NCBI GenBank assembly: GCA_965262615.1
Contig: OZ253545.1
Location: 672,001 to 736,000 of the forward strand
DNA from: Alphaproteobacteria bacterium
GTDB taxonomy: Bacteria; Pseudomonadota; Alphaproteobacteria; GM7ARS4; G965262615
DNA: 64,000 nucleotides
Direction of reading: 5' to 3'
The notes under the pieces are model-generated. The model worked only from the letters and a program-made list of their open reading frames with translations. It was not told the DNA's origin and did no database searches. Shown piece by piece: positions 47,511-58,240 of the stretch (its first letter is position 1; the number at the start of each line of letters is the position of its first letter). Made by a program: the position numbers and the translations under genes.

Positions 47511-48940
47511 AGCAAAGAGATTATGCCATCAAACGCAATGTGCGTTGTGAGCTGTTGGGATAGTTCATCCAGAATTGTGTCGGTTGCCACATAGTGGCGA
47601 TGCTCACTGGTGTAGTGGGGATTGATGCTTTTGAGCCACGCAATGCGAGCGGCATCATTGTGAAAGTAACCGTGTAAATAGCAGCCACTGATGCGTCCGT
47701 CACCACTGGTCGCGCTGGAGCTGATGGGCGTATTGTCTATCAGCATTGGACGGCGACAATCATCCCCTTGGGTGATGCCGTGATGAATTTCATATCCCTG
47801 CAGGACAGTTTTGTGGTGCTGAATGAGTGTTTTATCTTGATGCAAGGTGGTGCGGCAACGAAGCAATTCCAATCCTTTGACGCTGTCTTTTGTTCCTTCA
47901 ACGGCAAAGGGGTCATCAATGGTGTCCCCCAGCATTTGATAGCCACCGCACAGACCCAAAATCACCTTGCCGCGCTGTGCCGCCGCAAGAATGTCATAAG
48001 CCCAGCCACTGCTCCACACATAACGCAAATCCGCACACACGGCTTTAGAGCCCGGCAGAATGATGCCATCCACATCACCAATGGCATCACCGTGTTCCAC
48101 AAAACGACAATCCAGCGCATCATCGTGAATGAGGGGATCAAAATCATCGCTGTTGGCGATGTGCGGCAGGCGCATGATGGCAATACGCAGCGCGCCTTTG
48201 GTATGATTGTTCTGCTTTGTCAGGGCAAGGCTGTCTTCGGCGGGCAGATAGCGAGCGCGTTCAAAGTGAGGAACGATACCCCAGCAGTCTAAGGGAACAT
48301 GTTTTTTCAGCTCATCGGTTGCGCCATCCAACAGTGAGACATCACCGCGCATTTGATTGAGAATGTATCCCTTGAGCAATCGCCGCTCTGAGGAGGAAAA
48401 CAATTGGTGACATCCGGTGATGGCGGCGAACGCCCCGCCGCGCTCCATATCGCTAATCAGCAGCACGGGCGCTTGCACGGCGCAGGCAAATCCCATGTTG
48501 GCGATATCATGTTTCCGAAGGTTAATTTCCGCAGGCGAGCCTGCTCCTTCAATCAGCACAACATCGTGATTTTTTTGCAGGCGATGAAAGGCGGCAAGCA
48601 CTGTGGGCATGAGGGATTTTTTGAGAGAATGATATTGCTTTGCTGTCACGCGCTGGCGCGCTGTGCCACCCGCAATCAGCTGAGCGTAGCCATCGGCTTC
48701 CGGCTTGAGCAGAATCGGATTCATATCATGATGTGCCTCCACATTGGCGGCGAAGGCTTGCAGAGCTTGAGCCCGTCCGATTTCTTTGCCGTCTTTGGTG
48801 ACAAAGGCATTGTTGGACATGTTTTGCGGTTTAAAGGGCGCAACGCTCAGACCATGATGCCGCAGCGCGCGCGCCAAAAGAGCCGTCAGAAAAGTTTTCC
48901 CAGCATTGGAACCACTTCCTTGTAACATCAAACAGGACAT
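47468..48940 (-). CDS. cobQ: Cobyric acid synthase
   Basis: QGSGSNAGKT, PFKPQNMSNN, EGAGSPAEINL, GLCGGYQMLG, GYEIH, YLHG. Confidence 0.95.
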   Translation of the reverse strand: MSCLMLQGSGSNAGKTFLTALLARALRHHGLSVAPFKPQNMSNNAFVTKDGKEIGRAQALQAFAANVEAHHDMNPILLKPEADGYAQLIAGGTARQRVTAKQYHSLKKSLMPTVLAAFHRLQKNHDVVLIEGAGSPAEINLRKHDIANMGFACAVQAPVLLISDMERGGAFAAITGCHQLFSSSERRLLKGYILNQMRGDVSLLDGATDELKKHVPLDCWGIVPHFERARYLPAEDSLALTKQNNHTKGALRIAIMRLPHIANSDDFDPLIHDDALDCRFVEHGDAIGDVDGIILPGSKAVCADLRYVWSSGWAYDILAAAQRGKVILGLCGGYQMLGDTIDDPFAVEGTKDSVKGLELLRCRTTLHQDKTLIQHHKTVLQGYEIHHGITQGDDCRRPMLIDNTPISSSATSGDGRISGCYLHGYFHNDAARIAWLKSINPHYTSEHRHYVATDTILDELSQQLTTHIAFDGIISLLQENKRSHSERLSS

Positions 48941-48945
48941 GGTCG

Positions 48946-49941
48946 TCAGCTCACATGACGAGAATAGAGACGACCGCAACGCACCAATAAACTCAAACGC
49001 AATTTGTGCACCCGCCACCGATAGCGTAGTGAATATTCATGACGATGGGGGATGGGGTCACGCCCACATTTTTTTTGAAAAAGGACACGCAATTCATCAA
49101 GATGCCAGATTGCCAGTGGCTCAAAATGGGCGATGCCGTGGGTGTCAATCATGGCAAGGACATCATCCTTGCGCCAGTGATGGGCAAGGTCATCGTCTTC
49201 ATCGCGAGGGAGCGACAGACCTTGTAGCCAATCGTGTGGCAGAGGCTCAAGAGACGGCGCAGGATGTGTGAACAGGGGGTCATCATAGAACTCATTGATG
49301 CGTCTCACTCGCGCGGTGTCAAATTGGGCGCGCTTCCATTCCATCATTTGATACCACACCTGTTGCCACGATGCGCGCCGATAGAGTCGCCAATGAAGAT
49401 GAAGCAATGCGTGATTGCGCAAAAATATCTTATGCCTCATGGCGGGAAAGCGTCCGGTGTGAATCCATTTGCCGTGATAGGTGCTCATGCGATCGTCATA
49501 GCACAGACAGCCCTGCCACGGCGAATGATAGGGAGGCGCAATGGGCGGACGATAGTGATGCTCTGAGCCCCACAATTGAAACCACCGCATTTTGAAAACA
49601 GTGCCCGTTTGATAGGTCTCTGTTGTTTCTTTCACATTGGCAAACAGTGATGGCGGGGCGATTTCATCGGCATCAATTGCCAGCAGCAGATTGTGACCAT
49701 CAAAATCGCGCGCCGCATCCAATAGAGATTGGCGTGCGGAATCAAAATTTCCTTGTGGCGGCGGCGGTTCATTGTTGTCAATGAGGATGGCTTTGGTGCA
49801 TTTTTTGATGATGGCGCGGGTGTCATCGGTGCTGTGCTGGTCGGCAATGATGATATGATCACACAGGCGCGTGAGGGGCGGCAAGGTATGGGGCAGCATA
49901 TGGGCTTCATTGCGCACCTGCATGAGGGCGATGAGTTTCAT
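48946..49941 (-). CDS. GT2-family glycosyltransferase, paralogue 10 of array
   Basis: [24 protein letters not shown]. Confidence 0.88.
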   Translation of the reverse strand: MKLIALMQVRNEAHMLPHTLPPLTRLCDHIIIADQHSTDDTRAIIKKCTKAILIDNNEPPPPQGNFDSARQSLLDAARDFDGHNLLLAIDADEIAPPSLFANVKETTETYQTGTVFKMRWFQLWGSEHHYRPPIAPPYHSPWQGCLCYDDRMSTYHGKWIHTGRFPAMRHKIFLRNHALLHLHWRLYRRASWQQVWYQMMEWKRAQFDTARVRRINEFYDDPLFTHPAPSLEPLPHDWLQGLSLPRDEDDDLAHHWRKDDVLAMIDTHGIAHFEPLAIWHLDELRVLFQKKCGRDPIPHRHEYSLRYRWRVHKLRLSLLVRCGRLYSRHVS

Positions 49942-50924
49942 GGGTGTCCGTGTCGCCAGTGACGCATCGTCAGCACCATTTGATGCTTGTAAAATCGCCA
50001 GTAATCCCGAGTTCGGTAGACCATCGCTTGCGGCTCAGGATTCCTGCCCATTTGTTGTTTGAACAGTGCCGTCAGTTCATCAAGATACCAGATGTTAAGG
50101 GGTTCAAAGGCATCAATGCCGTAACTTTTGACTATGGCAAGGACGGCATCTTTACGCCAATTGTCACGGCGTTCCAGCGAAGGCAGCCGATAGCCCTCCT
50201 GCCATTGGCGTGGCAAACGACTCAGAGCAACAGATTGTGCCGTAAAGGCGGAATCATAGTAATAATTGTCAATTCGTTGCACCGCATTGTCATCAAATTT
50301 TGCCAGAATAAATTCACTCATCTGATACCACACCTGCTGCCACAATGCTTTTTGCCAAAAGAGCCAATGAAGATGCACCAAGAGCGTCTCATGGAGATAA
50401 TGTTTGGCGGTCGTGCGCGGCAAGCGTTCATTATGGACTTCTTTTTTTGTGCGATAGAAGGTGTTGCGATCATCATACAAAACCACATTGCCCCAGATGC
50501 CAAAATAGCGAGGCATCACGGGTGCGGGGCGATAATAGCCCTCCTTGCCCCACAGTTGAATGGAGCGCATACGAATACGGCAACCCGCTTTATAACGCCG
50601 TGCCACCTTGTCCTTAAATCCTTCAAACAAGAGGGGAGGAGTCACTTCATCGGCATCAATGGCGAGAAGAAGATTATTGCCTGCAAAATTGCGCGCCGTC
50701 TCCAGCAAAAGCGGACGGGCGGAATCAAATCGCCCCTTTGGCGGTGGGGGTTCATTGTTATCAATGAGGATGGCTTTGGTGCATTTTTTGATGATGGCGC
50801 GCGTGTCATCGGTGCTGTTTTGGTCAGCAATGATGATATGATCACAAATCTTGGCAAGAGGCGGCAGCGTGTAAGGCAGCACATGGGCTTCATTGCGGGT
50901 GAGCATGAGGGCGATGAGTTTCAT
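49938..50924 (-). CDS. GT2-family glycosyltransferase, paralogue 9
   Basis: Same motifs; start MKLIALM overlaps upstream stop (ATGA). Confidence 0.88.
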   Translation of the reverse strand: MKLIALMLTRNEAHVLPYTLPPLAKICDHIIIADQNSTDDTRAIIKKCTKAILIDNNEPPPPKGRFDSARPLLLETARNFAGNNLLLAIDADEVTPPLLFEGFKDKVARRYKAGCRIRMRSIQLWGKEGYYRPAPVMPRYFGIWGNVVLYDDRNTFYRTKKEVHNERLPRTTAKHYLHETLLVHLHWLFWQKALWQQVWYQMSEFILAKFDDNAVQRIDNYYYDSAFTAQSVALSRLPRQWQEGYRLPSLERRDNWRKDAVLAIVKSYGIDAFEPLNIWYLDELTALFKQQMGRNPEPQAMVYRTRDYWRFYKHQMVLTMRHWRHGHP

Positions 50925-51922
50925 TGTTTGCACCGCTTTCCTGTCACCAATTGATGATAGCCCTCTCTTATCTGCAGGCGATACGGACGCCACCATGTAC
51001 TGAAAGAAAAAGGTATTGCTTGAGGTGTGGGATTCCTGCCATACGCTTTAACAAACATTTGTTGCAGTGGCTGCAAAAACCAAATGTTGAGAGGTTCAAA
51101 GTGAGCCAAGCCGTACTGATGAAATAGTTTCATGGCTTCATCTTTGCGCCAATCTGGGGTGTCGTCAAGATGGTTGGGGGGCAATGCAATTCCATCAAGC
51201 CATGTGGCGGGGATTTTCTTTGTTTGGGCTGTTGATGGCACATAGTTTGTGCTGTGATAGAACTTGTTAATGGCAGCCACAGATGACGCAGAAAAATCAT
51301 TGTATTGCCACTCTTTCATCATATACCACACTTGTTGCCACAGGGATTTGTTGAAAAATAACCAACGCAGATGCACAAGGCGATAGTCAAGCACATAATT
51401 ATATTTGACTTTACCTATAGGAAATCGTCCGCCATGGGCAAATCGGTTGATGGCAACGATGGGGCGGCGATCATCATAAAAGGCAAAGCGCATCCACGGC
51501 ACATGAAAGCGATCGCGCGAGATGGGAAGATAGCTGTGAGCGTTCCTGTATAATTGAATCCACCGCATCTCAAACCCTTGACCGGGGTGAGAGTGCTCGG
51601 AAATCATTTCTTTCAATGGATGTGGGCAAGGGGGTGCGATGATTTCATCGGCATCAAGGGCAAGGAGGAGATTATTGCCATCAAAGTCACGGGCAGCCTT
51701 CATGAGCAAAGGGCGTCCTTGACTATCGTAGTCGCTGTTGGGTGATGCGGGGGGGTTATCAATGAGAATGGCTTTTTTGCATTTTTTGATGATGGCACGG
51801 GTGTCATCAGTGCTGTGCTGGTCAGCGATGATGATATGGTCACACAGGCGCGTGAGCGGTGGCAGGGTATAAGGTAGCATATGGGCTTCATTGCGTACCT
51901 GCATCAATCCGATTGTTTTCAT
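50921..51922 (-). CDS. GT2-family glycosyltransferase, paralogue 8
   Basis: Same motifs, LDADE. Confidence 0.88.
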   Translation of the reverse strand: MKTIGLMQVRNEAHMLPYTLPPLTRLCDHIIIADQHSTDDTRAIIKKCKKAILIDNPPASPNSDYDSQGRPLLMKAARDFDGNNLLLALDADEIIAPPCPHPLKEMISEHSHPGQGFEMRWIQLYRNAHSYLPISRDRFHVPWMRFAFYDDRRPIVAINRFAHGGRFPIGKVKYNYVLDYRLVHLRWLFFNKSLWQQVWYMMKEWQYNDFSASSVAAINKFYHSTNYVPSTAQTKKIPATWLDGIALPPNHLDDTPDWRKDEAMKLFHQYGLAHFEPLNIWFLQPLQQMFVKAYGRNPTPQAIPFSFSTWWRPYRLQIREGYHQLVTGKRCKQ

Positions 51923-52956
51923 GTTTTTTTGCCTTTGAGTTTTTTATACCATGCGGTTTGGCGAATTCTGCGCTCGGGCGTTTTAATCATTTCACGCACC
52001 TGTTGGACGGGGACAGAGATTTTAGGCAGTTTTTGCCATTGGGGTGGACGCTTGACGGTTTGTTCAAAATGATTTTTGAGCTCAGAAACATACCAAATGT
52101 TAAGAGGTTCAAAGGTTTCAATACCGTGTTTTTCAATCATTTTCCAGACCTCATCCTTGCGCCAGTCGGGGGCGTTTTTTGGAAAAGGTGGTGGGGTTTG
52201 GTATCCTTGTCGCAGTTTTTTGGGCAGTGAGCGGGTGAGGACTTTTTGTCCGTGCAGGGCGGGGTCGTGGTAGAACTGATTGATGCGTTGGATGTGGCTT
52301 TTGTCAAATCGGGCGTTTTTGAACTCCTTCATGTGATACCATGCGTGTTGCCACAGGGCGCGTTGCCAAAAAGCCCAATGGAGATGCAGCAGGCAATAGG
52401 AGTCAGGGAGTTTTTGCGTGCGATCATGTGTCCTGTTGTGGGCGAAGCGTCCACTGTGTACCCACCGATGGTCGGCACATGCGCGCTCACGATCATCATA
52501 AAAAATCCATTGATGCCACACCGCGTGAAAAGGAAGCTTCCAGGGCAGGCAATAGGTGGTGGGACTCTGCCACAGACGCATCCAGATACTCTCAAATAAC
52601 ACCCCCTTGGTGTAACGGTTTGCGATGTATTCTTTGAAGTTGCGAAAGGCGGCTGGGGGGACAATTTCATCGGCATCAACGGCGAGGAGAAGGTTGTGTC
52701 CATCAAAGTTGCGGGCGGAATCCAATAAGAGATTGCGTCCCTGAGTGTCATAATTGCCATCGGCGGGGGGTGGCGGATTATCAATGAGGATGGCTTTGTT
52801 GCATTTTTTGATGATGGCACGGGTGTCATCGGTGCTGTGCTGGTCGGCGATGATGATGTGATCACAGACCTGAGCCAACGGCGGCAGGGTGTAGGGCAGG
52901 ATGTGTCCCTCATTGCGGGTGAGCATGAGTGCAATTGTTTTCATGGGGGTTTTCAT
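51919..52956 (-). CDS. GT2-family glycosyltransferase, paralogue 7
   Basis: Same motifs; nearly identical to paralogue 6 after the N-terminal domain. Confidence 0.88.
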   Translation of the reverse strand: MKTPMKTIALMLTRNEGHILPYTLPPLAQVCDHIIIADQHSTDDTRAIIKKCNKAILIDNPPPPADGNYDTQGRNLLLDSARNFDGHNLLLAVDADEIVPPAAFRNFKEYIANRYTKGVLFESIWMRLWQSPTTYCLPWKLPFHAVWHQWIFYDDRERACADHRWVHSGRFAHNRTHDRTQKLPDSYCLLHLHWAFWQRALWQHAWYHMKEFKNARFDKSHIQRINQFYHDPALHGQKVLTRSLPKKLRQGYQTPPPFPKNAPDWRKDEVWKMIEKHGIETFEPLNIWYVSELKNHFEQTVKRPPQWQKLPKISVPVQQVREMIKTPERRIRQTAWYKKLKGKKT

Positions 52957-53978
52957 GTTTTTTTGCCTTTGAGTTTTTTATACCATGCGGTTTGACGAAT
53001 TCTGCGCTCGGGCGTTTTAATCATTTCACGCATCTGTTGGGTGGGGACGAAGATTTTTGGCAGTGGTTGCCATTGGGGTGGACGCTTGATGGTTTGTTCA
53101 AAATGATTTTTGAGCTCAGAAACATACCAAATGTTAAGAGGCTCAAAGGTTTCAATGCCGTGCTTTTCAATCATTTTCCAGACCTCATCCTTGCGCCAGT
53201 CAGGGGCGTTTTTTGGAAAAGGTGGTGGGGCTTGGTATCCTTGTCGCAGTTTTTTGGGCAGTGAGCGGGTGAGCACTTTTTGTCCGTGCAGGGCGGGGTC
53301 GTGGTAGAAATGATTGATGCGTTGGATGTGGCTTTTGTCAAATCGGGCGTTTTTGAACTCCATCATGTGATACCATGCGTGTTGCCACAGGGCGCGTTGC
53401 CAGAAAGCCCAATGAAGATGCAGCAGACAATAGGAGTCAGGGAGTTTTTGCGCGCGATCATGTGTCCTGTTGTAGGCGAAGCGTCCACTGTGTACCCACC
53501 GATGGTCGGCACATGTGCGCTCACGATCATCATAAAAAACCCACTGATTCCACACCGCGTGAAAGAGTGACTGCCATGGCGGACAGTAGGTGGTGGGACT
53601 CTGCCACAGACGCATCCAGATACCCTCAAATAACACCCCCTTAGTGTAACGGTTTGCGATGTATTCTTTGAAGTTGCGAAAGGCGGCTGGGGGGACAATT
53701 TCATCGGCATCAACGGCGAGGAGAAGGTTGTGTCCATCAAAGTTGCGGGCGGCATCAAGGAGGGATTGGCGCGATGAATCAAATCGCCCCTTTGGTGGCG
53801 GCGGGGCATTGTTGTCAATGAGGATGGCTTTGGTGCATTTTTTGATGATGGCACGGGTGTCATCAGTGCTGTGCTGGTCGGCAATGATGATATGGTCACA
53901 CAGGCGCGTGAGTGGTGGCAGGGTATACGGCAGCATATGTGCTTCATTGCGTACCTGCATGAGTCCGATGGTTTTCAT
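52953..53978 (-). CDS. GT2-family glycosyltransferase, paralogue 6
   Basis: Same motifs, VDADE. Confidence 0.88.
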   Translation of the reverse strand: MKTIGLMQVRNEAHMLPYTLPPLTRLCDHIIIADQHSTDDTRAIIKKCTKAILIDNNAPPPPKGRFDSSRQSLLDAARNFDGHNLLLAVDADEIVPPAAFRNFKEYIANRYTKGVLFEGIWMRLWQSPTTYCPPWQSLFHAVWNQWVFYDDRERTCADHRWVHSGRFAYNRTHDRAQKLPDSYCLLHLHWAFWQRALWQHAWYHMMEFKNARFDKSHIQRINHFYHDPALHGQKVLTRSLPKKLRQGYQAPPPFPKNAPDWRKDEVWKMIEKHGIETFEPLNIWYVSELKNHFEQTIKRPPQWQPLPKIFVPTQQMREMIKTPERRIRQTAWYKKLKGKKT

Positions 53979-55030
53979 GTCTTTTTGCCTTTGAGTTTTT
54001 TATACCATACGGTTTGGCGAATTCTACGCTCGGGAATTTTGATAGCGTCCCGCAGATTGTCAGTTCCAGTATCATGTTGCCATTGTCGCAATTGTCGCAA
54101 AGGGACATAGAATTGTGGCGGACGCTGCCATTGAGGCGGACGCTTCATCTCTTGTTCAAAGTATTCCTTGAGTTCAGAAACATACCAAATGTTAAGAGGC
54201 TCAAAGATTTCAATACCGTGTTTTTCAATCATTTTCCAGACCTCATCCTTGCGCCAGTCAGCGGCGTTTTTTGGAAAAGGTGGTGGGGCTTGGTATCCTT
54301 GTCGCAGTTTTTGCGGCAGTGAGCGGGTGAGGACTTTTTGTCCGTGCAGGGCGGGATCGTGGTAGAACTGATTGATGCGTTGGATGTGGCTTGTGTCAAA
54401 TCGGGCGTTTTTGAATTCCGTCATGTGATACCACGCCTGTTGCCACAGAGCGCGCTGCCAGAAAATCCAATGACAATGAAGAATGGGGACATTTCTCAGC
54501 AGGACGAGTCCTTGAGACAAATTGGGGGGCACTCGTCCGCTATGCACCCAGCATGTTAATGTGTACCGACATTGGCGGTCATCATAAAAAAATTTGGCGT
54601 GACGAGGAACATGAAAGTGATTGTGCCAAGAAAGACAGTACCGGGTGGATTTTTTCCACAGGCGCACCCAGTCGGTTATAAATCCCGTGCCTATTGTGTA
54701 ACGGGTGGCGATGCGCTCTTTGATATTGGCAAAGATGGCGGGCGGGGTGATTTCATCGGCATCAATGCACATGAGGAGATTGTGTCCGTCAAAGTTGCGG
54801 GCGGTGTCCAATAATAGATTGTGCCCTTGAACATGATAATTGCCATCAGGTGGTGATGGTGGATTATCAATGAGGATGGCTTTGGTGCATTTTTTGATGA
54901 TGGCGCGTGTGTTATCGGTGCTGTTCTGGTCGGCGATGATGATGTGATCACAGACCTGAGCCAGAGGCGGCAGGGTGTAGGGCAGAATATGCCCTTCATT
55001 GCGGGTGAGCATGAGTCCGATGGTTTTCAT
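53975..55030 (-). CDS. GT2-family glycosyltransferase, paralogue 5
   Basis: Same motifs, IDADE. Confidence 0.88.
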   Translation of the reverse strand: MKTIGLMLTRNEGHILPYTLPPLAQVCDHIIIADQNSTDNTRAIIKKCTKAILIDNPPSPPDGNYHVQGHNLLLDTARNFDGHNLLMCIDADEITPPAIFANIKERIATRYTIGTGFITDWVRLWKKSTRYCLSWHNHFHVPRHAKFFYDDRQCRYTLTCWVHSGRVPPNLSQGLVLLRNVPILHCHWIFWQRALWQQAWYHMTEFKNARFDTSHIQRINQFYHDPALHGQKVLTRSLPQKLRQGYQAPPPFPKNAADWRKDEVWKMIEKHGIEIFEPLNIWYVSELKEYFEQEMKRPPQWQRPPQFYVPLRQLRQWQHDTGTDNLRDAIKIPERRIRQTVWYKKLKGKKT

Positions 55031-56025
55031 GAATCAGAGCCTTCAGAGTCTTCGATGGCGTAGGACAATTGCGAAAGAGGTATATTTATTTCGGGTAGCC
55101 TCTGCCATTGAGGGGGACGCTTCATCTCTTGCTCAAAGTGTTCTTTGAGTTCAGGCACGAACCATATATCAAGAGGTTCAAAGGCTTTGATGCCGTATTG
55201 GTCAATCATTTTCCAGACATCATTTTTGCGCCAATTGAATTTGGGGTCATCACTGTTGTGTGGTGGCGGCTCATATCCCGTGCGCCATTCTTTCGACAGG
55301 CGGCGCGTGAGGATGAACTGACCATCAACAAGTGCATTATACGGTTGATAAAAGCGATTGATATCATCCACTCGTCCGGCATTAAATTGAGCATTTTTGA
55401 GTTCATGCATGAGATACCATGCCTGTTGCCAACGCGCCTTTTCTAAAAAAATCCAATGGAAGTGAAGCAGGCTGTAACGACGAGGAAGAGTGGCGTCAAG
55501 TGATGGAGGTGTCGGCAGGCGTCCGCTATGCACCCATTTGCTGTTTTGATACTGGCATTGGCGATTGTCATACAGGATCCAAGCCACGAGACAAGGTTGC
55601 GGGAAGCCTTCAGACGACACATAGGGCGAAAAATAGCGAGAGGTTTTTTTCCAGATGAGCAACCACGGTGTGGTAAACTTCATGCCAACGGGATAGTGGT
55701 CAAGGATGTCTTCTTTGAGATGGCAAAAGACGGCGGGGGGAGCTATTTCATCGGCATCAATCATAAGGAGCAGATTGTTGCCATCAAAGTTGCGGGCGGC
55801 ATCCAATAAGAGATTGCGTCCTTGAGTCTCATAGTTGCCATCGGTTGGTGATGGCGGATTATCAATGAGAATGGCTTTGGTGCATTTTTTGATGACGGTG
55901 CGCGTGTCATCGGTGCTGTGCTGGTCGGCGATGATGATGTGATCACAGACTTGAGCCAGCGGCGGCAGCGTGTAGGGCAGAATATGACCCTCATTGCGGG
56001 TGAGCATGAGTCCGATGGTTTTCAT
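55027..56025 (-). CDS. GT2-family glycosyltransferase, paralogue 4
   Basis: Start at MKTIGLM (ATGA overlap), IDADE. Confidence 0.88.
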   Translation of the reverse strand: MKTIGLMLTRNEGHILPYTLPPLAQVCDHIIIADQHSTDDTRTVIKKCTKAILIDNPPSPTDGNYETQGRNLLLDAARNFDGNNLLLMIDADEIAPPAVFCHLKEDILDHYPVGMKFTTPWLLIWKKTSRYFSPYVSSEGFPQPCLVAWILYDNRQCQYQNSKWVHSGRLPTPPSLDATLPRRYSLLHFHWIFLEKARWQQAWYLMHELKNAQFNAGRVDDINRFYQPYNALVDGQFILTRRLSKEWRTGYEPPPHNSDDPKFNWRKNDVWKMIDQYGIKAFEPLDIWFVPELKEHFEQEMKRPPQWQRLPEINIPLSQLSYAIEDSEGSDS

Positions 56026-57188
56026 GTTTTTTTGCCTTTGAGTTTTTTGTACCATGTGGTTTGGCGAATTTTGCGCTCGGGTTTTTTGATGGCTTCCCGC
56101 AGCTTTTTCCGTCTCGTTTCCCATTGGATGGCTTCCCGCAGCTTTTTCCGTTTCGCTTCCCATTGGATGGCTTCTCGCAGCTTTTCCCGTCTCGCTTCCC
56201 ATTGGGTTGCGTGGGACAATTGCGACAGAGGCAAGTTTATTTTGGGCAGCCTCTGCCATTGAGGCGGACGCTTCATCTCTTGCTCAAAGTGTTCTTTGAG
56301 TTCAGGGACAAACCATATATCAAGAGGTTCAAAGGCTTTGATGCCGTATTGGTCGATCAGTTTCCAGACATCACTTTTGCGCCAATTGAGTTTGGGGTCA
56401 TCACTGTTGTGTGGTGGCGGTTTGTATCCTGTGCGCCATTCTTTCGGCAGGCGGCGCGTGAAGGTAATCTGACGGTCAAAAAGTGTATTATACGGCTGAT
56501 ACATGCGATTGATTTCATCCACTCGGTCTCCATCAAATTGGACATTTTTGAGTTCATGCATGAGATACCATGCCTGTTGCCAACGCGCCTTTTCTAAAAA
56601 AATCCAATGGAAGTGAAGCAGGCTGTAACGAGGAGGAAGAGTGGTGTTCTTTGGTGGAGGGGTCGGCAGGCGTCCGCTATGCACCCATTTGCTGTCTTGA
56701 TACTGGCATTGGCGATTATCATACAAGATCCAAGCCACGAGACGAGGTTGCAACAAGCCTTCAGGCGACACATAGGGCAAAAAATAGCGAGAGGTTTTTT
56801 TCCAGATGAGCAACCACGGTGTGACAAACTTCATGCCAACGGGATAGTGGTCGTGAATGTCTTCTTTGAGATGGCAAAAGACGGCGGGCGGAGCAATTTC
56901 ATCGGCATCAATCATAAGGAGCAGATTGTTGCCATCAAAGTTGCGGGCGGCATCCAATAAGAGATTGCGTCCCTGAGTCTCATAATTGCCATCGGTTGGT
57001 GATGGCGGATTGTCAATGAGGATGGCTTTGGTGCATTTTTTGATGATGGCGCGGGTGTCATCGGTGCTGTTCTGGTCGGCGATGATGATGTGGTCACAGA
57101 CTTGAGCCAGCGGCGGCAGCGTGTAGGGCAGAATATGACCCTCATTGCGGGTGAGCATGAGTGCAATTGTTTTCATGGGGGTTTTCAT
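56022..57188 (-). CDS. GT2-family glycosyltransferase, paralogue 3 (13-aa C-terminal repeats)
   Basis: Start MKTPMKTIALM; QWExRRxKLREAI-type unit x3. Confidence 0.88.
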   Translation of the reverse strand: MKTPMKTIALMLTRNEGHILPYTLPPLAQVCDHIIIADQNSTDDTRAIIKKCTKAILIDNPPSPTDGNYETQGRNLLLDAARNFDGNNLLLMIDADEIAPPAVFCHLKEDIHDHYPVGMKFVTPWLLIWKKTSRYFLPYVSPEGLLQPRLVAWILYDNRQCQYQDSKWVHSGRLPTPPPKNTTLPPRYSLLHFHWIFLEKARWQQAWYLMHELKNVQFDGDRVDEINRMYQPYNTLFDRQITFTRRLPKEWRTGYKPPPHNSDDPKLNWRKSDVWKLIDQYGIKAFEPLDIWFVPELKEHFEQEMKRPPQWQRLPKINLPLSQLSHATQWEARREKLREAIQWEAKRKKLREAIQWETRRKKLREAIKKPERKIRQTTWYKKLKGKKT

Positions 57189-58240
57189 GATGGTTTGCCT
57201 TTGAGTTTTTTGTACCATGTGGTTTGGCGAATTTTGCGCTCAGGTTTTTTGATGGTTTCGCGCCAATCTTTCCATTGGATTTGCGGTCGGATGGCGTGGG
57301 ACAATTGCGACAGAGGCAAGTTTATTTTGGGCAGCCTTTGCCATTGAGGCGGACGCTTCATCTCTTGCTCAAAGCGTTCTTTGAGTTCAGGCACGAACCA
57401 TATATCAAGAGGTTCAAAGGCTTTGATGCCGTATTGGTCAATCAGTTTCCAGACATCACTTTTGCGCCAATTGAATTCGGGGTCATCACTGTTGTGTGGT
57501 GGTAGTTCATATCCTGTGCGCCATTTTCTTGGCAGGCGGCGCGTGAAGGTAATCTGACGGTCAAAAAGTGTATTATACGGCTGATACATGCGATTGATTT
57601 CATCCGCTCGTCCGATATCAAATTGAGCATTTTTGAGTTCATGCATGAGATACCATGCCTGTTGCCAACGCGCCTTTTCTAAAAAAAGCCAATGGAAATG
57701 AAGCAGGATGTAACGACGAAGAGTCGTTGTCGGTAATAGAGGGAGGCGTCCACTATGCACCCATTTTATGGCTTGATACTGACATTGACGATCGTCATAC
57801 AAAATACAATTAATGACATGAGGTTGCAGGCGGCGTGCGGGCAAAAAATAGCGAGAGGTTTTTTTCCAGATGGTGACCCAAGTCGTGGCAAATCTCGCAC
57901 CAATGGGATAGCGGTCGTGAATGTGCTCTTTGATGTCGCAAAAGACCGCGGGCGGAGCGATTTCATCGGCATCAGTGGCGAGGAGCAGATTGTGTCCATC
58001 AAAGTTGCGGGCGGCATCCAATAAGAGACTGCGCCCTTGCGTGTCGTAATTGCCATCAGGTGGTGAGGGGGGATTATCAATGAGGATGGCTTTGGTGCAT
58101 TTTTTGATGACGGCGCGCGTGTCATCGGTGCTGTTCTGGTCGGCGATGATGATGTGATCACAGACTTGAGCCAGCGGCGGCAGCGTGTAGGGCAGAATAT
58201 GCCCCTCATTGCGGGTGAGCATGAGTCCGATTGTTTTCAT
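57185..58240 (-). CDS. GT2-family glycosyltransferase, paralogue 2
   Basis: Start MKTIGLM, TDADE. Confidence 0.88.
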   Translation of the reverse strand: MKTIGLMLTRNEGHILPYTLPPLAQVCDHIIIADQNSTDDTRAVIKKCTKAILIDNPPSPPDGNYDTQGRSLLLDAARNFDGHNLLLATDADEIAPPAVFCDIKEHIHDRYPIGARFATTWVTIWKKTSRYFLPARRLQPHVINCILYDDRQCQYQAIKWVHSGRLPLLPTTTLRRYILLHFHWLFLEKARWQQAWYLMHELKNAQFDIGRADEINRMYQPYNTLFDRQITFTRRLPRKWRTGYELPPHNSDDPEFNWRKSDVWKLIDQYGIKAFEPLDIWFVPELKERFEQEMKRPPQWQRLPKINLPLSQLSHAIRPQIQWKDWRETIKKPERKIRQTTWYKKLKGKPS